Both the position numbers and the translations under genes were made by a program. Below are positions 7,359 to 9,220 of a stretch of 9,220 bases of DNA, in pieces (the stretch's first letter is position 1; each line of letters starts with the position of its first letter). The stretch lies in the NCBI GenBank assembly GCA_000388065.2, contig KB932225.1; one strand, written 5' to 3'. Source of the stretch: Fonticula alba ATCC 38817 (lineage: Eukaryota; Protista; Nucleariida). The notes below the pieces were generated by a model. That model was not told where the DNA came from. It saw only the letters and a program-made list of their open reading frames with translations, and ran no database searches.

Positions 7359-8041
7359 AGTGCGTGTATGTGCAGAGAGGAAGAAAGAGGAGGATAGAGG
7401 AAGACGGCCAGGAGGGAAGCCAGGTGCGACCGCAGGGGAAAGGGAAGGTGCTCTGGGCCGGCGCGCGCGTGTGCGAGGGGCGAGGGGGCGGTCTCTCTCT
7501 CTCTGAAGACACGGGAGGGGGATGTGGGGCGGGGTCAGTGAGGAGGGGGGGGAGGGGGGGGGGACCGGACAAAATGGCGGAGATCCAGCGGGGATGGCGC
7601 GGCCGGCCGAGCGGGCGCGGGCGTGCCAACTGACCTCGTGTGCTCGGCGCGGGAGGAGCAGGGAGGCGCCGCGTGCCGGATGTGGGGGGGGGACGCCGGC
7701 GAAGGGGTAACGACGAGGCGGAAGGGGTCTAGGGGCGAGGCGGCAGTCGGAGATCGGTGGAGTGGGGGAAGGGAGACGAGCGCGGGCGAGCTCAGAGGGG
7801 GGTGGGGGGGGTGGGGGGCACAGGTGGCGGGGGAGGGGGGGGAGAGAAGGAGTGGTGTGGCCGATCAGCGGGGACGCAGGGGGCGCGGGGGAGCCATATT
7901 TGAAAAGGACCTAGCCGCGGGGGCCGGGGGGGGGGGGGGGGGCGGGCAAACGCAGCTGGACGACCCCCGCCCCCCGTGCACTTGCCCGGGCCCAAGGCAT
8001 GACACACGCCCGGCTCGCGATTTCCCACAAGCATGCTTCCC

Positions 8042-8066
8042 CGCGCGCGCGCGCGCGCGCGCGCGC
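8042..8066. repeat. (CG)12 tract
   Basis: Perfect alternating CG run, 25 nt. Confidence 0.95.
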
Positions 8067-8296
8067 AAACCGCCTCGGCCCAGTGCGCCGGATCATCCGC
8101 CGGGCGCGGGCAGCGGGAGGGGGGAGGGTGTTGTGGGCGGGCAATTCGGCGCGCGCCAGCCCGCCCATCGCCGCCCCGTCGCACATCACGCCCGCCCCCG
8201 GCCCCCTCCCTTGCCGGGGTGGCATGTTTCCGATGGGTATTTCCCACAACAAGGGGCGTCCCCTGGGCGGGGTGGCCGGGGAGCGGGGCGGTTATT

Positions 8297-8315
8297 CGCG
8301 CGCGCGCGCGCGCGC
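8297..8315. repeat. (CG)9 tract
   Basis: Perfect alternating CG run, 19 nt. Confidence 0.95.
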
Positions 8316-8353
8316 ACGCCTCGACCGGCTGACCTGATATCGCCTGGCTCCCG

Positions 8354-8426
<73 letters not shown>
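8354..8426. repeat. Poly-C homopolymer (73 nt as assembled)
   Basis: Uninterrupted C run; the true length is unreliable. Confidence 0.85.
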
Positions 8427-8506
8427 ACCCCCCACCCAGGCCCAAGCACCCCCGTCAGGGGGGCAGGCGCCCGGCGCTCTCTCTGGCCACCGGGGGGAAT
8501 CCTCAC

Positions 8507-8641
8507 TGCCGCCGCCGCCGCCGCCGCCGCCGCCGCAATGGAGGAGCCCTCCTCGGGCGGCCGTTTCCGCGGGGCCGAGGAGGGGGGACGCGCGGCTGGG
8601 CGAGCCAGGTCGAATGACTGGCCCGGCCGAATGGTGTATGG
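8507..8641 (-). other. Possible upstream exon (135 nt) of the minus-strand gene
   Basis: Acceptor-like CCCAAACAG|CC at 8642 and donor GCA|GTGAGG at 8506. It cannot be linked across the gap, and a competing plus-strand ATG lies at 8538. Confidence 0.22.
8508..8534. repeat. (GCC)9 trinucleotide repeat directly before GCAATGG
   Basis: Read directly from the sequence. Confidence 0.9.
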
Positions 8642-8859
8642 CTGTTTGGGTGGTGTCCGCGTATCGTCCGGGGCCGGCGGGGGGGGGGGGGGGGAGGGGC
8701 AGGGGCGCCCGGCAACATTCACCGCCGGCACCGCGGCAACGGCCCCCCACCCCCCTCCCCCCGCAGCGCGCCCATCCACCAGAGCGCCGGAAGCATGCCC
8801 CCCCCCCCCCGGGCGCCGGTGCCGAAGGGCGAGTTGGCGACGGGTGAGGAGGGAGAATG

Positions 8860-8882
8860 GCGCGCGCGCGCGCGCGCGCGCG
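8860..8882. repeat. (CG)11 tract
   Basis: Perfect alternating CG run, 23 nt. Confidence 0.95.
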
Positions 8883-8973
8883 AGCACGAGAGGCAGGGGA
8901 GGAGAGAGCCGGAAGAAGAAAGACCGGCGGCAGGCCCCGCCGCGGCCGGGGCCGGCAGCCAGCATGCGCGCAC

Positions 8974-9084
8974 CTTTCCGCGGCCCTCCGGGGCTCCGCG
9001 TCCCCTGCCGCCGGCGCGGGGCGCCGCGGGATGTGTGGCCCCCCCCCCCCCCCCCCCGCCTGCCCGCCTGGCGGCGTTGCCCTG
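8974..9084 (-). other. Possible upstream exon (about 111 nt) of the minus-strand gene
   Basis: Acceptor-like TTCACCCTCCTCCTGCAG|CAG at 9085. Strong donor AAAG|GTGCGC at 8973, followed by a partly pyrimidine-rich, (GC)n-containing stretch like the supported introns. Confidence 0.25.
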
Positions 9085-9220
9085 CTGCAGGAGGAGGGTG
9101 AACTCCCCCGCCCTCCTCTCTGGGCCCGTCTTCCGGCCGGCGGGTTTGTGCCGGGCCGGGCCCGGGGCCTGGGCCGGGTCCCTCGCCCCCCCCCCCCCCT
9201 CCCCATTTTACGAAGAGCCG

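Larger units (their letters stand above)
8020..8315. promoter_or_regulatory. Candidate cis-regulatory cluster (repeated ATTTCCCACAA, GCATGYTTCC and (CG)n)
   Basis: The repeated motifs are seen directly. A regulatory role is inferred only from their recurrence and their position upstream of the minus-strand gene. Confidence 0.3.

Noticed and set aside
4290-7633. Plus-strand poly-Leu ORFs resembling signal peptides or transmembrane helices, and poly-Ala ORFs
   Set aside because: (CTG)n is the reverse complement of the Gln (CAG)n tracts. No independent evidence of antisense or repeat-associated translation is visible.
7574-7633. Plus-strand AAAATGGCG start giving the 19-aa MAEIQRGWRGRPSGRGRAN (contains RGRP); the same site matches the YY1-like CCGCCATTTT on the minus strand
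   Set aside because: The ORF is very short, Arg/Gly codons are expected in G-rich DNA, and single short motif matches are not enough without taxon or expression data.
8031-8798. Terminal inverted repeat of a transposon or MITE (GCATGCTTCC ... GGAAGCATGC)
   Set aside because: The match is only 10 bp, no target-site duplication is evident and no transposase is present. It is retained only as a motif recurrence.
7623-9206. Long ORFs 7623..9101 (+), 8292..9206 (-), 8186..8965 (-) and 7792..8445 (-)
   Set aside because: They are dominated by poly-Pro, poly-Gly and RARARA translated from homopolymers and (CG)n, are open on both strands, and lack the codon bias of the real exons.
1-9220. tRNA, rRNA or other structured ncRNA genes
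   Set aside because: No cloverleaf, A/B-box or rRNA-like conserved segments were recognised by eye. A tRNAscan-SE or Infernal run would be needed to exclude them formally.

Overview
GC-rich eukaryotic genomic DNA, most likely a protist; a green alga and a Fonticula-like opisthokont cannot be told apart from this window. Most of the window is one large spliced gene on the minus strand. Four coding exons can be joined in frame through canonical GT-AG introns: 6721-5744, 5534-3608, 3457-3389 and 3235-239 (5971 nt, about 1990 codons). The product is almost entirely low-complexity. The N-terminal half is Gln/His/Ala-rich (polyQ, prion-like). The C-terminal half is Ala/Lys/Gly/Pro/Thr-rich and basic, resembling a linker-histone tail in composition. 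No folded domain is recognisable, so no gene symbol is given. The 5' end is lost in or beyond a 545-nt assembly gap (6814-7358), and the 3' end is ambiguous. 7359-9220 is very GC-rich, mostly non-coding-looking DNA with (CG)n tracts, homopolymer runs, a repeated short-motif cluster and conflicting splice and start signals. No RNA genes, mobile elements, CRISPR arrays or multi-gene system were found. The many other ORFs in the track are shadow ORFs of repetitive GC-rich DNA. The most interesting points are the two-part disordered architecture, a possible splice switch between the two halves, and the motif cluster at 8020-8315.
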